DNA of 64,000 nucleotides, taken from contig JBKJNW010000042.1 in NCBI GenBank assembly GCA_046593335.1, forward strand, positions 439 to 64,438. Reading direction: 5' to 3'. The stretch comes from Chthoniobacterales bacterium (GTDB taxonomy: Bacteria; Verrucomicrobiota; Verrucomicrobiia; Chthoniobacterales; UBA10450). The notes under the pieces are model-generated. The model was not told the origin of the DNA, ran no database searches, and was given only the letters and a program-made list of their open reading frames with translations. The translations under genes were made by a program, and so were the position numbers. Numbering within the stretch: the first letter of the stretch is position 1; each line of letters begins with the position of its first letter. Positions 10,063-19,089 of the stretch are shown here, in pieces.

Positions 10063-12177
10063 ATGGCTTCCTTGCGTTGGGGCGCGCTTTTTTTTCTTCT
10101 GGTCGCGGTCTGCCCTCAACCGGCGTCGAGTCAGAAATTCGACGGGCGCGAACTGGTCACGGCGCAGCTCGTAGCCGAGACCGCGACGCTCGTGGCGGGC
10201 CAGCCGTTTACCGCCGGTCTTCTGCTCAAGATGGTTCCGGGCTGGCACACCTATTGGCAATTCCCGGGCGATGCCGGCATTCCGACCGAGATCAAATGGA
10301 AGCTGCCGAACGGCTGGAAAGCAGGTCCGATCCAATGGCCTGTCCCGCACAAATTAAACGAGCCGGGCGACATTCAGATTTACGGCTATCACGACGAAGT
10401 CCTGCTCATGGTGCAGCTGACGCCGCCGTCGAAAATAGCCGCCTCATCCGTGCACCTGGCGGCGACGGCGGACTGGCTGGTTTGCGAAAAAATCTGCATC
10501 CCGGGGAGCGGCGAAGTGCAGCTCGATTTGCCGGTCGGCTCGCAACCTGCGCCCGCCAATCAGGAGCTTTTCACAAAATTCCACGACCGCCTACCGCGCC
10601 CCCTCCCGGCCGATGCGCGCAGCGCGCTGCAGTGGACACGGGAGCCGAAGGAATTTCGCCTAACGATCAAAGATAAGAGCCTGGCGCAGACGGAAGGGGT
10701 CGATTTCTTTCCGCTCCCGGAGAGTTCCGCCCTGATTGGTCACCCGAAGCGCGAGACCGGCCCGGATGGCTCGATTGTTTTCTCGATCCCAATCGAATCT
10801 GCTCCCTCGACGCAGAAATCGCTCGACGGTTTGATCGTCGCCGGAGATCACGCCTTTTCGTTAGGCGAACCGCCCTCCGCGCCGGCAAAGGAGGCGGCCA
10901 CGGTCGCCGCCGCGCCGTCGGGCGGGCTGGCCAAACTGCTCCTCTTCGGTTTCATCGGCGGCTTCATTCTCAACCTGATGCCGTGTGTGCTGCCGGTCAT
11001 TTCGCTCAAGATTTTCGGGTTCATCCAACACGCCGGTGACAGTCGGACGCGAATTTTTGGAAACGGACTCGCCTTTAGCGTCGGGATATTTGCGTGGTTC
11101 ATCGGGCTCGCCGCTCTGATGATTGGGCTGCAGTCCGCCGGGCACGAAATCACCTGGGCCTTTCAATTCACCAACCCCTATTTCGTGGTTGGGATGAGCG
11201 CGGTCGTGCTCGTTTTTGCGCTCAATCTTTTTGGTGTTTTCGAAATCACCCTGCCGGCCTCGGCCACCACCGGACTACTCGGCTGGAGCGCGCGCGAAGG
11301 TTATGCCGGATCTTTTTTCCAAGGCGTCTTCGCGACCGTCCTGGCCACGCCCTGCACCGCGCCGTATCTCGGGACCGCGCTCGGGTTCGCCTTCGCGCAA
11401 TCGGCCGCAATCATTTTCCTCATGTTTCTCGCCATCGCGGCCGGTATGAGCGCGCCTTATTTACTCCTCAGTGCGCAACCGGCCTGGCTGCGCTTCGTCC
11501 CAAAGCCCGGCCCCTGGATGGTGCGGGTGAAGCAGTTCATGGGTTTTCTCCTCCTCGCCACCCTGCTCTTTTTGCTCTGGGTGCTCGGAGTCGCGCGCGG
11601 GCCGGACGCGACCATCTGGGTGGCGGCGTTTCTCCTCGCGCTCAGCATCGCCTGCTGGATGAAAGGATCGTTCTCAACCCCGACCGCCTCGTTTGCACAA
11701 CGCCTTGTCGTGCTCGTGCTCATGCTCGTGCTCGTGCTCGGCAGCGGTTTCTATTTCATCGGCCAGAAGTTCGCCGCGACCAAGACCGCCGCTTCCGACC
11801 TAACGAAAGACGGCTGGGTTTCCTTTAGCCCGGAGCGGGTCCAGGCCGAGCTGGCGCAAGGCCGCAGCGTCTTCATCGATTTCACCGCCGCCTGGTGCAT
11901 CACCTGCAAGTTCAATGAAGCTTCCGTCCTCGAGAGCGCGGCAGTGAAAAGCGCTTTCGAGCGCTACGGGATCGTGAAAATGAAAGCCGATTGGACGAAC
12001 GCCGATCCCGTCATCACAAAAACGTTGAAACAATTTGGCCGGGTTGGTGTCCCATTATACGTGCTTTACCCGGCCACAGCTCCGCAGGAACCGATCCTCT
12101 TGCCGGAACTTCTCACCCAGGCCCTCGTCCTGGATCATCTTCAATCCGCCGCACCGAAAGTTGCGGCCACGCCCTAA
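10063..12177 (+). CDS. dsbD: DsbD/ScsB-like thiol:disulfide interchange protein (N-terminal DsbD-alpha-like domain + CcdA-type TM core + C-terminal thioredoxin)
   Basis: Signal peptide. TM core with LMPCVLPV and ATPCTAPYLG cysteines. C-terminal thioredoxin WCITC. Start is uncertain (10015, 10048 or 10063). Confidence 0.8.
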   Translation: MASLRWGALFFLLVAVCPQPASSQKFDGRELVTAQLVAETATLVAGQPFTAGLLLKMVPGWHTYWQFPGDAGIPTEIKWKLPNGWKAGPIQWPVPHKLNEPGDIQIYGYHDEVLLMVQLTPPSKIAASSVHLAATADWLVCEKICIPGSGEVQLDLPVGSQPAPANQELFTKFHDRLPRPLPADARSALQWTREPKEFRLTIKDKSLAQTEGVDFFPLPESSALIGHPKRETGPDGSIVFSIPIESAPSTQKSLDGLIVAGDHAFSLGEPPSAPAKEAATVAAAPSGGLAKLLLFGFIGGFILNLMPCVLPVISLKIFGFIQHAGDSRTRIFGNGLAFSVGIFAWFIGLAALMIGLQSAGHEITWAFQFTNPYFVVGMSAVVLVFALNLFGVFEITLPASATTGLLGWSAREGYAGSFFQGVFATVLATPCTAPYLGTALGFAFAQSAAIIFLMFLAIAAGMSAPYLLLSAQPAWLRFVPKPGPWMVRVKQFMGFLLLATLLFLLWVLGVARGPDATIWVAAFLLALSIACWMKGSFSTPTASFAQRLVVLVLMLVLVLGSGFYFIGQKFAATKTAASDLTKDGWVSFSPERVQAELAQGRSVFIDFTAAWCITCKFNEASVLESAAVKSAFERYGIVKMKADWTNADPVITKTLKQFGRVGVPLYVLYPATAPQEPILLPELLTQALVLDHLQSAAPKVAATP

Positions 12178-12181
12178 ATCT

Positions 12182-12793
12182 ATGAAGACAAAACTACTCC
12201 TCGTCGCTCTTACTGCCCTCACCACCGGCGCGCTCGGCGCGGCCGAAGCACCCAAAGTCGGGACCGCTGCGCCCGGTTTCTCGCTCCCCGATTCCAAAGG
12301 GAAGACCCATTCGTTAGGGGATTTCAAGGGCAAGTATGTCGTGCTTGAGTGGTTCAACCCCGGCTGCCCCTTCGTCCAAAAGCACTACACGAGTGATAAC
12401 ATGCAATCGCTCCAGAATGAGTTCACCGGAAAGGACGTCGTCTGGCTCACGATCGATTCTTCCGCTCAGGGTCAGCAGGGTTATCTCTCGCCCGAGGAAG
12501 CGAACAAGCAGCTGGCGGACTGGAAAATGAAACCGACCGCCCTGCTTCTCGACCCCGATGGCAAAGTCGGCCACGAGTACGCCGCGACCAACACCCCGCA
12601 CATGTACATCATCGATCCGGGCGGAAAATTGATTTACTCCGGCGCGATCGACAGCAAGCCGACGGCGGATCCCAAGGACGTGAAGGACGCAACCAACTAC
12701 GTCAAAGGCGCGCTTGAGGAAGCGATGGCCGGCAAGCCGATCTCGAACCCGACCTCGCGCGCTTACGGTTGCTCGATCAAGTACGCGAACTAA
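12182..12793 (+). CDS. secreted redoxin/thioredoxin-fold protein (AhpC/TSA-like)
   Basis: Signal peptide MKTKLLLVALTAL.., redoxin core GKYVVLEWFNPGCPFVQKHY. Sits immediately downstream of dsbD. Confidence 0.75.
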   Translation: MKTKLLLVALTALTTGALGAAEAPKVGTAAPGFSLPDSKGKTHSLGDFKGKYVVLEWFNPGCPFVQKHYTSDNMQSLQNEFTGKDVVWLTIDSSAQGQQGYLSPEEANKQLADWKMKPTALLLDPDGKVGHEYAATNTPHMYIIDPGGKLIYSGAIDSKPTADPKDVKDATNYVKGALEEAMAGKPISNPTSRAYGCSIKYAN

Positions 12794-12907
12794 CTGTCGG
12801 TGCCGCCTCTTGTCGACGCGCCCTCTGGGCGGCGCGGGCATTGGCTCGGGAGCCGGGAATTGTCAGAGCGACATACGCCCACGCCCGCGCTTCGCAGAGC
12901 GAAGCGT

Positions 12908-13702
12908 CTACTTCCTGGTAAAACGATTTGCGAGTCGGAGCAGCGGCAGGGGCGTTAGCCTAACGAGTGTCATCCCGAGTTTCATCACCGCGCCCGGGAT
13001 GACAATCGGCCGATCGTGCTCCACCCCATGCCACGCCGCCCTCGCCACCGTTTCCACCGAGACATGAGCGAGACCCGATCCCGGCAGTTCGCCGGCCTCT
13101 CCCTCGCGGCGCGCCACCTCGGTAAATTCTGTCTTTACCGGACCCGGGCAGAGTGCAGTCACGCCGACCCCGCTCCCGCCCAACTCGCCGCGGAGCGCTT
13201 CCGAGAAACTCGTGACATACGCTTTCGTCGCCGCGTAAACCGCGAAATTCGGGATCGGGAGAAAACTGGCCGACGAGCTGACATTCAAAATGGCCCCGCG
13301 TTTTCGCGCGATCATCGCGGGGAGCAAAGCGCGCGTCAGCCGGGTCAACGCCACCATGTTGACTAGCATCATCTTGTCGATCTTCTCCGGGTCAGCGGTC
13401 GCGAATGGACCGAGGTCGCCGAGTCCCGCGTTATTGACCAGCAAATCGATCGGGGACTTTTCGTGTTCGATCCAGCGGATCAGTTCGTCCACCTCCTCGG
13501 TTTTGGCCAGGTCAGTCCGGTGCAGCGCGATCTGGAGCTTGGGATGTTGCGCCGTCAGTTCATCGCGCAATTGCGCAAGACGCTCCTCCCGCCGTGCCAC
13601 CAGAATGAGCGTGCCGGCGCGGCCCGCGAGTTGCCGCGCCAGTTCGCGTCCGATCCCAGCCGAAGCGCCGGTAATGAGCGCATGACAACCTTTGAGCCGC
13701 AT
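12908..13702 (-). CDS. SDR-family short-chain dehydrogenase/reductase
   Basis: ALITGASAGIGRELA cofactor motif, NNAG, and YAATKAYV catalytic motif. Confidence 0.85.
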   Translation of the reverse strand: MRLKGCHALITGASAGIGRELARQLAGRAGTLILVARREERLAQLRDELTAQHPKLQIALHRTDLAKTEEVDELIRWIEHEKSPIDLLVNNAGLGDLGPFATADPEKIDKMMLVNMVALTRLTRALLPAMIARKRGAILNVSSSASFLPIPNFAVYAATKAYVTSFSEALRGELGGSGVGVTALCPGPVKTEFTEVARREGEAGELPGSGLAHVSVETVARAAWHGVEHDRPIVIPGAVMKLGMTLVRLTPLPLLRLANRFTRK

Positions 13703-14328
13703 TATGATCCGCTTTTCGTTAGGAGTGGTTCGAGCACGCGCCAGACATTTTCCGCCACGATCTTGTGTCCTGCGGCGGTCGGATGCGTCTGATCGGCCTG
13801 GTTGAGTTCCCGGTGACCGCCTACGCCCTCGAGCAAAAATGGAATGAGCACGGCGTTGTTCTTCTGCGCGAGATCGGCGAAGACTTTATGGAAAGCGTCG
13901 CTGTACTCGCCGCCGAGGTTGGGCGGCATCCGCATCCCGGCGATCACGATTTTGACCTCCGGGTTCTTCGCTTTCGCCTGCTCGATGATGGCCTGGAGAT
14001 TAGTTTTCATCTGCGCCACGGGGAGCCCGCGCAACCCATCGTTCGCGCCCAAGGCTAGGACGAGAATATCGATCTTCTTTTGCAAAACCCATTCCAACCG
14101 GGCCAGACCACCGGCGGTGGTGTCGCCGCTGATCCCGGCATTGATGACGGAGAAAGGGAGCTTTTTTTCCTGAATTTTCTGCTCAATCAGAGCCGGGTAA
14201 GCTTCTGTCGACGACACCCCGAGGCCTGCGGTGAGGCTGTCGCCTAGAAAAAGGATCGTCCCGCCAAACGCCGGCGCCGCCAGGAAAAGTGCGAGGAAGA
14301 GGAAAATCTGGCGCGTCAATTTCCTCAT
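13702..14328 (-). CDS. SGNH/GDSL arylesterase / lysophospholipase (TesA-like)
   Basis: Signal peptide then ILFLGDSLTAGLG (block I), GANDG, and DQTHP (block V). Divergent from a YbbA/YbbP-like ABC pair, as in E. coli tesA-ybbA-ybbP. Confidence 0.85.
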   Translation of the reverse strand: MRKLTRQIFLFLALFLAAPAFGGTILFLGDSLTAGLGVSSTEAYPALIEQKIQEKKLPFSVINAGISGDTTAGGLARLEWVLQKKIDILVLALGANDGLRGLPVAQMKTNLQAIIEQAKAKNPEVKIVIAGMRMPPNLGGEYSDAFHKVFADLAQKNNAVLIPFLLEGVGGHRELNQADQTHPTAAGHKIVAENVWRVLEPLLTKSGS

Positions 14329-14378
14329 GCGCGCCGTATCACCATCGCGTAAGCAAGACGTTCCGCCCTGACCCGTCA

Positions 14379-15056
14379 ATGAACTCGTTTCCCATTCTCA
14401 ACGTCCGCGACCTAACGAAAAGCTATCCGACCGGGGCGGGCCCGCTGACGGTTTTGCGCAACGTCTCCTTCGCCCTCGCGCAGGGCGCGACCTGTTCTAT
14501 CCTCGGTCCGTCCGGCAGCGGCAAGACGACGCTGCTGGGCCTGGCCGCCGGCCTTGACCTGCCGACTTCCGGCTCGGTCTTGCTCAACGGCATTGCCCTC
14601 GCTGACATCAGCGAAGACGAGCGGGCGCGCGTCCGGAACGAGCTGGTCGGCTTTGTATTCCAAAACTTCCAGCTCATCCCGACCCTGACCGCACTCGAGA
14701 ACGTGACGGTGCCAATGGAACTGCGCGGCGACCGGAGCGCACGGGTGCACGCACGCGAACTCCTGGAGCGAGTTGGACTGGCGGAACGGAGCACGCATTA
14801 CCCGGCGCAGCTTTCTGGCGGCGAGCAGCAGCGCGTTGCGCTGGCGCGCGCTTTCATCAACCGGCCGAAGATTCTTTTTGCCGACGAACCGACCGGCAAC
14901 CTCGACGCCGAGACGAGCCAGAAGGTGATCGAGATCATGCTCGAATTGAACCGGACGGCCGGGACCGCGCTCGTGCTCGTGACCCACGACCCCGATGTGG
15001 CGCAGCTGACGGAGCGGACGATTCGGCTGCGGAGCGGAGCGATGGTCGATGAATAG
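14379..15056 (+). CDS. ABC transporter ATP-binding protein (YbbA/LolD-like)
   Basis: Walker A GPSGSGKTTL, signature LSGGEQQRVALARA, Walker B ILFADEPTG. Confidence 0.9.
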   Translation: MNSFPILNVRDLTKSYPTGAGPLTVLRNVSFALAQGATCSILGPSGSGKTTLLGLAAGLDLPTSGSVLLNGIALADISEDERARVRNELVGFVFQNFQLIPTLTALENVTVPMELRGDRSARVHARELLERVGLAERSTHYPAQLSGGEQQRVALARAFINRPKILFADEPTGNLDAETSQKVIEIMLELNRTAGTALVLVTHDPDVAQLTERTIRLRSGAMVDE

Positions 15057-17595
15057 CGGGTTCGGATTCATCGGCCGGATGGCCTGGCGCGACAGCCGCT
15101 CGAGCCGCCGGCGTCTCCTGCTTTTCTCGATTTCGATCTCGTTAGGCGTGGCGGCCCTGATCGCGATCGGATTGTTTCGGGCCAGCCTTTCCCAGGCGAT
15201 CGACGACCAGGCCCGCTCATTGTTAGGCGCGGATCTCGTGGTCGAGAGTTCGCGACCGTTCACGCCCGCGCAGGAACAAATCCTGCGTGCGCTGGGCGAT
15301 ACCCAGGCGCGTGAGGTGCGTTTCCGCACAATGGCGCTTTTCCCCAAGGGCGGCGGCACCCGGCTCGTCTATGTGCGCGCTTTGGGTGGGGTTTTTCCGT
15401 TCTACGGCAAGATGGAAACGACGCCGGCCGGCGCCGCGCAGAGTTTCCGCAACGGCGGCGAAGCCGTACCGGAGGAAAGCCTGCTTTTTCAATTCCGCGC
15501 CAAGGCGGGCGATCAAATCAAGATCGGGGAAGCGACTTTTACGATCTCAGGGGCTTTGGCCAAGATGCCGGGGGAAGCTTCCCCGGCCGCGAGCTTCGCG
15601 CCGCGCGTTTACATTCCGCTACAGGACCTGGCCAAGACCAACTTGCTGCAGCCCGGCAGCCTCGCGCGCTACCTGAATTTCGTGAAGTTCGCGCCAGGCG
15701 TGGATGTGGCGGCCGAAGTGGAAAAGCTCGCGCCGCAGATCGAAAAAGCAGGACTGCAATACGACACGGTCGCGAAACGGAAAAAAGATCTGGGCGAATC
15801 GCTCGATAATCTTTACCGCTTTCTCAATCTCGTCGGTTTCATCTCGCTCCTGCTCGGCGCGGTCGGAGTGGCGAGCGCGATCCAGGCGCATCTCCAGCAA
15901 AAAGTGCGCACCGCCGCCATCCTGCGCTGCCTCGGCGCAGCCGGTCGCACCACGGTGGCGGTTTATCTCCTGCAGGCGATGGCGATGGGCATGGTCGGGG
16001 TCTTGACCGGCGCCGCGCTCGGCCTAACGATGCATCGAATCCTGCCCAGATTGCTGCAGGGCTACATTCCGTTTGTCCTGCCCAAAGCAATTGCCTGGAC
16101 CCCGGTCTGGGTTGGAATGGCAATCGGCTTCGCAGTTTGCATTCTCTTCGCGCTCCCGCCCCTTCTGCGTTTTCGGCGGGTGTCGCCGCTCCTTACTCTG
16201 CGCGCATCGGTCGATGAAAGCGCGGTGCCAGCCCGGCGCGATTTCGTCAGTTGGTTTGTCTACCTCGTGATGGCAGCGAGCCTGACGGCTTTCGCGATCG
16301 CGCAGGCGGAAGCGTGGCAGGACGGGTTGTTTGTCGCGGGCTGGCTGGCAGTGGCGGTCGGCGTTTTGGTGGGAGTTGCGAAGTTGCTTATTTTTTTGGT
16401 GCGCAAACTTCTGCCGCAAGGCTGGAGCTTTGTCATCCGGCAGGGCCTGGCGAATCTCTATCGGCCGAACAACCGGACTCTGCTCCTCACTCTCTCGTTA
16501 GGCTTGGGCACTTTTCTGCTCCTCACTATTTACCTCACCCGCGACGTCCTCCTGACCCAGTTCCGCTCGATCGACGCCAACAACCAGCCCAATATTTTTC
16601 TTTTCGACATTCAGCCGGACCAGACCGAGGCGGTCGCCCAGCTCGTGAGGCAAGAACAGCTCCCGGTCATCCAGGAGGCGCCGATCGTGACCATGCGCTT
16701 GGTGGAAGTGAAAGGCCGCAAGTCGTCCGACCTCCTGAAAGATCCGCAGCGCAAGACGCCGGAGTGGGAGCTGGAACGCGAGTATCGCTCGACCTACCGG
16801 GCCACGCTGAGCGAAACGGAGAAAATCACAGCCGGGAAGTGGGTCGGCCATTTCGATTACCGTCCGGGCGAGACTGTGCCCGTTTCGGTCGAACAAGACA
16901 TTGCGCGTGACCTCGGCCTAACGATCAGTGATACGCTCGTTTTCGACGTTCAGGGAGTGGAGATCAAGGCGCGGGTGGCGAGCCTGCGCGAGGTGGATTG
17001 GAAGCGTTTCCAGACCAACTTCTTCGTCGTCTTCCCCACCGGCGTTCTGGAAAACGCCCCGACTTTCAATGTCCTCGTCAGCCGCGTTCCGACGCCAGCC
17101 GCGTCGGCCAAATTGCAGAACGCGGTGGTGGCGAAATTCCCCAACGTTTCCGCGCTCGACCTGACTTCGGTCATCCAGACGGTCGACGCCATCCTCGGGA
17201 AAGTGGCGCTGGTCATCCGGATCATGTCGCTCTTCACCGTCGGGACGGGCTTGATCGTGCTCGGGAGCACGATCTGGAGCGGACGCTACCAGCGGCTGAA
17301 AGAAAGCGTGCTCCTGCGAACGCTGGGCGCGTCGCGCTGGCAGATCTGGAAAATCCTGGGCGCGGAATATTTGTTCCTCGGCCTGCTGGCGAGCGCGACC
17401 GGCATCGTCCTGGCGCTGGCGGCGAGCTGGGCGCTGGCCGTGTTTACGTTCAAGCTCGCCTACACTCCGGCGCTACTGCCCGTGGTCCTGTCCGCGGTCA
17501 TCGTGAGCGGGCTGACGGTGGCGGTCGGTTTGTTGACGAGCTACGGCTTGGGCTCGACGCCACCTTTGGCCGTCTTGCGCGAGGAGCTCGATTGA
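15049..17595 (+). CDS. FtsX-like ABC transporter permease (YbbP-like, duplicated FtsX domains)
   Basis: 848 aa with two FtsX-type 4-TM modules separated by large soluble domains. Start overlaps the ATPase gene by 8 nt. Confidence 0.85.
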   Translation: MNSGFGFIGRMAWRDSRSSRRRLLLFSISISLGVAALIAIGLFRASLSQAIDDQARSLLGADLVVESSRPFTPAQEQILRALGDTQAREVRFRTMALFPKGGGTRLVYVRALGGVFPFYGKMETTPAGAAQSFRNGGEAVPEESLLFQFRAKAGDQIKIGEATFTISGALAKMPGEASPAASFAPRVYIPLQDLAKTNLLQPGSLARYLNFVKFAPGVDVAAEVEKLAPQIEKAGLQYDTVAKRKKDLGESLDNLYRFLNLVGFISLLLGAVGVASAIQAHLQQKVRTAAILRCLGAAGRTTVAVYLLQAMAMGMVGVLTGAALGLTMHRILPRLLQGYIPFVLPKAIAWTPVWVGMAIGFAVCILFALPPLLRFRRVSPLLTLRASVDESAVPARRDFVSWFVYLVMAASLTAFAIAQAEAWQDGLFVAGWLAVAVGVLVGVAKLLIFLVRKLLPQGWSFVIRQGLANLYRPNNRTLLLTLSLGLGTFLLLTIYLTRDVLLTQFRSIDANNQPNIFLFDIQPDQTEAVAQLVRQEQLPVIQEAPIVTMRLVEVKGRKSSDLLKDPQRKTPEWELEREYRSTYRATLSETEKITAGKWVGHFDYRPGETVPVSVEQDIARDLGLTISDTLVFDVQGVEIKARVASLREVDWKRFQTNFFVVFPTGVLENAPTFNVLVSRVPTPAASAKLQNAVVAKFPNVSALDLTSVIQTVDAILGKVALVIRIMSLFTVGTGLIVLGSTIWSGRYQRLKESVLLRTLGASRWQIWKILGAEYLFLGLLASATGIVLALAASWALAVFTFKLAYTPALLPVVLSAVIVSGLTVAVGLLTSYGLGSTPPLAVLREELD

Positions 17596-18275
17596 CGCAG
17601 GTCGGTCAATTCACTTTTCGTTAGGGGACGCCAGCTGGCGCGCGGCATCTCGCCGAGCCGGAGATGGCCTATGCGGGTGCGGCGGAGGTGTTTCACTTCG
17701 TAGCCGACCGCAAAAAACATCCGCCGAATCTGGCGGTTCAGGCCTTGTTGCAGGACGACCTTCAGGCGGGTGGTTCCAATTTGGGTCAATCGCGTGAGGC
17801 GGGCGCGTTTGCCATCGAGAAAGACGCCGGCGCGTAATTTTTCGGCCACCTTTGGATCCCAGACTTTGTCGAGCGTGACCTCGTATTCTTTTTCCACCTT
17901 GTAGCGCGGATGGGTGAGATGCTGGGCGAGATCGCCGTCGCTGGTGAGGAGAAGAAGACCTTCGGTTTGCGCGTCGAGCCGCCCAACATTGAAAAGTCGG
18001 GAAAATTTCGGGGGCAACAAATCGTAGATCGTGTCGGTCGCGTTTGGATCGCGTCGGGTGGAGACGAAGCCGGCCGGCTTGTGCAGGATAATAGTCAGCG
18101 TTTCGGCGCGCCGGACAATTCGATTGCCGACTTTAACGTGATCGCTCTCCTCGACCTGGGTGGCGAAATTCGTGCAGGGCTGGCCGTTGATCGTAACCCG
18201 GCCCTCGGCGATCAACTCGTCGCAATGACGGCGCGAGCCGAGCCCGGCTGCCGCGAGAAAGCGGTTAAGGCGCAA
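17541..18275 (-). CDS. rluB: pseudouridine synthase, RsuA/RluB family, with S4 domain
   Basis: S4 domain (LNRFLAAAGLGSRRHCDELIAEGRVTINGQ) and catalytic GRLDAQTEGLLLLTSDG. TTG at 18275 is preferred because the longer GTG start (18344) would overlap the upstream small gene. Confidence 0.8.
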   Translation of the reverse strand: MRLNRFLAAAGLGSRRHCDELIAEGRVTINGQPCTNFATQVEESDHVKVGNRIVRRAETLTIILHKPAGFVSTRRDPNATDTIYDLLPPKFSRLFNVGRLDAQTEGLLLLTSDGDLAQHLTHPRYKVEKEYEVTLDKVWDPKVAEKLRAGVFLDGKRARLTRLTQIGTTRLKVVLQQGLNRQIRRMFFAVGYEVKHLRRTRIGHLRLGEMPRASWRPLTKSELTDLRQSSSSRKTAKGGVEPKP

Positions 18276-18282
18276 CCTGGGG

Positions 18283-18438
18283 TTAGAGATCCGGCTTGGT
18301 CTTCGGCAGGCCGACGACTTTGCTCGAATCTTTCCACTGGCCACGCTTCTTGAGCAGGTCGACCCGTTCGAACCGTTTCAGGACGTTGCGCTTGGCCGCG
18401 ATTGTACTGGCGCCTTTGAGACTGCGATGCTGAGACAT
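18283..18438 (-). CDS. small basic protein (51 aa)
   Basis: MSQHRSLKGASTIAAKRNVLKRFERVDLLKKRGQWKDSSKVVGLPKTKPDL. Lies inside a longer spurious ORF in the track. Resembles the 'small basic protein' family seen in PVC bacteria and spirochaetes (recognised from memory). Confidence 0.55.
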   Translation of the reverse strand: MSQHRSLKGASTIAAKRNVLKRFERVDLLKKRGQWKDSSKVVGLPKTKPDL

Positions 18439-18504
18439 AAATTTTGCTCCGGGTTGTGCTCCGAAAATGAGCGGGCAAGGTAGCTGGCCTCGCGGATTTT
18501 TCAA

Positions 18505-19071
18505 ATGGATTACCACGCCTCGCCCCCACGCCTCGCTCGCACGATCGAGTGGCGCCTCCTTTTCCGCCTGGCTTTGCTCCTGCTGCTCAGCTTCGGCCTG
18601 GTCTCCTGTCGCGGGATCGACTGGTTTCTTTTGAATCGGACCTTGCACGGCAAATTCAACGACATCGACTGGATCACGACCGGGCAACTGGCGGAGCGCC
18701 TGCGCGAACGTCCGCGCCCAGTCCTGCTCGATGTCCGGACGCCGGCGGAATATAAAGTCAGCCATCTCGAAGGCGCGCGGCAGGTCGATCCGGAGGCGGA
18801 TGCGCCGAGCGCGGCGGCGGGGATCGCGAAGGACGCGCCGATTGTGACTTATTGCTCGGTCGGTTACCGCTCGGGGGCGATGGCGGAGCGGCTGCGGGCT
18901 GCCGGTTACACCAAGGTGCAAAATTTGGAGGGCTCCATTTTTCAATGGGCGAATGAGCATCGCCCGCTCGTCCGGGGCGCGGGCGAGCCGGTGAAAAAGG
19001 TCCATCCCTACAGCGCAGTTTGGGGGCGCCTGCTCGCGCCCGAGGTGCGCGCGCCCTTGCCGCCAGAATAG
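18505..19071 (+). CDS. rhodanese-domain sulfurtransferase-like (lipo)protein
   Basis: Lipobox-like LSFGLVSC, then a rhodanese fold (LLDVRTPAEYKVSHLEGA .. active-site loop YCSVGYRSG). Confidence 0.8.
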   Translation: MDYHASPPRLARTIEWRLLFRLALLLLLSFGLVSCRGIDWFLLNRTLHGKFNDIDWITTGQLAERLRERPRPVLLDVRTPAEYKVSHLEGARQVDPEADAPSAAAGIAKDAPIVTYCSVGYRSGAMAERLRAAGYTKVQNLEGSIFQWANEHRPLVRGAGEPVKKVHPYSAVWGRLLAPEVRAPLPPE

Positions 19072-19089
19072 GATGCGGCCGGCCCCGTC

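Noticed and set aside
8276-10657. Motif-free stretches of about 2.4-2.6 kb (8276-10657, 20899-23442, 23822-26446, 41928-44446, 49130-51669) as horizontally acquired islands.
   Set aside because: With a mean spacing of about 850 bp, several gaps of this size are expected by chance. Composition and gene content of these stretches do not look foreign by eye.
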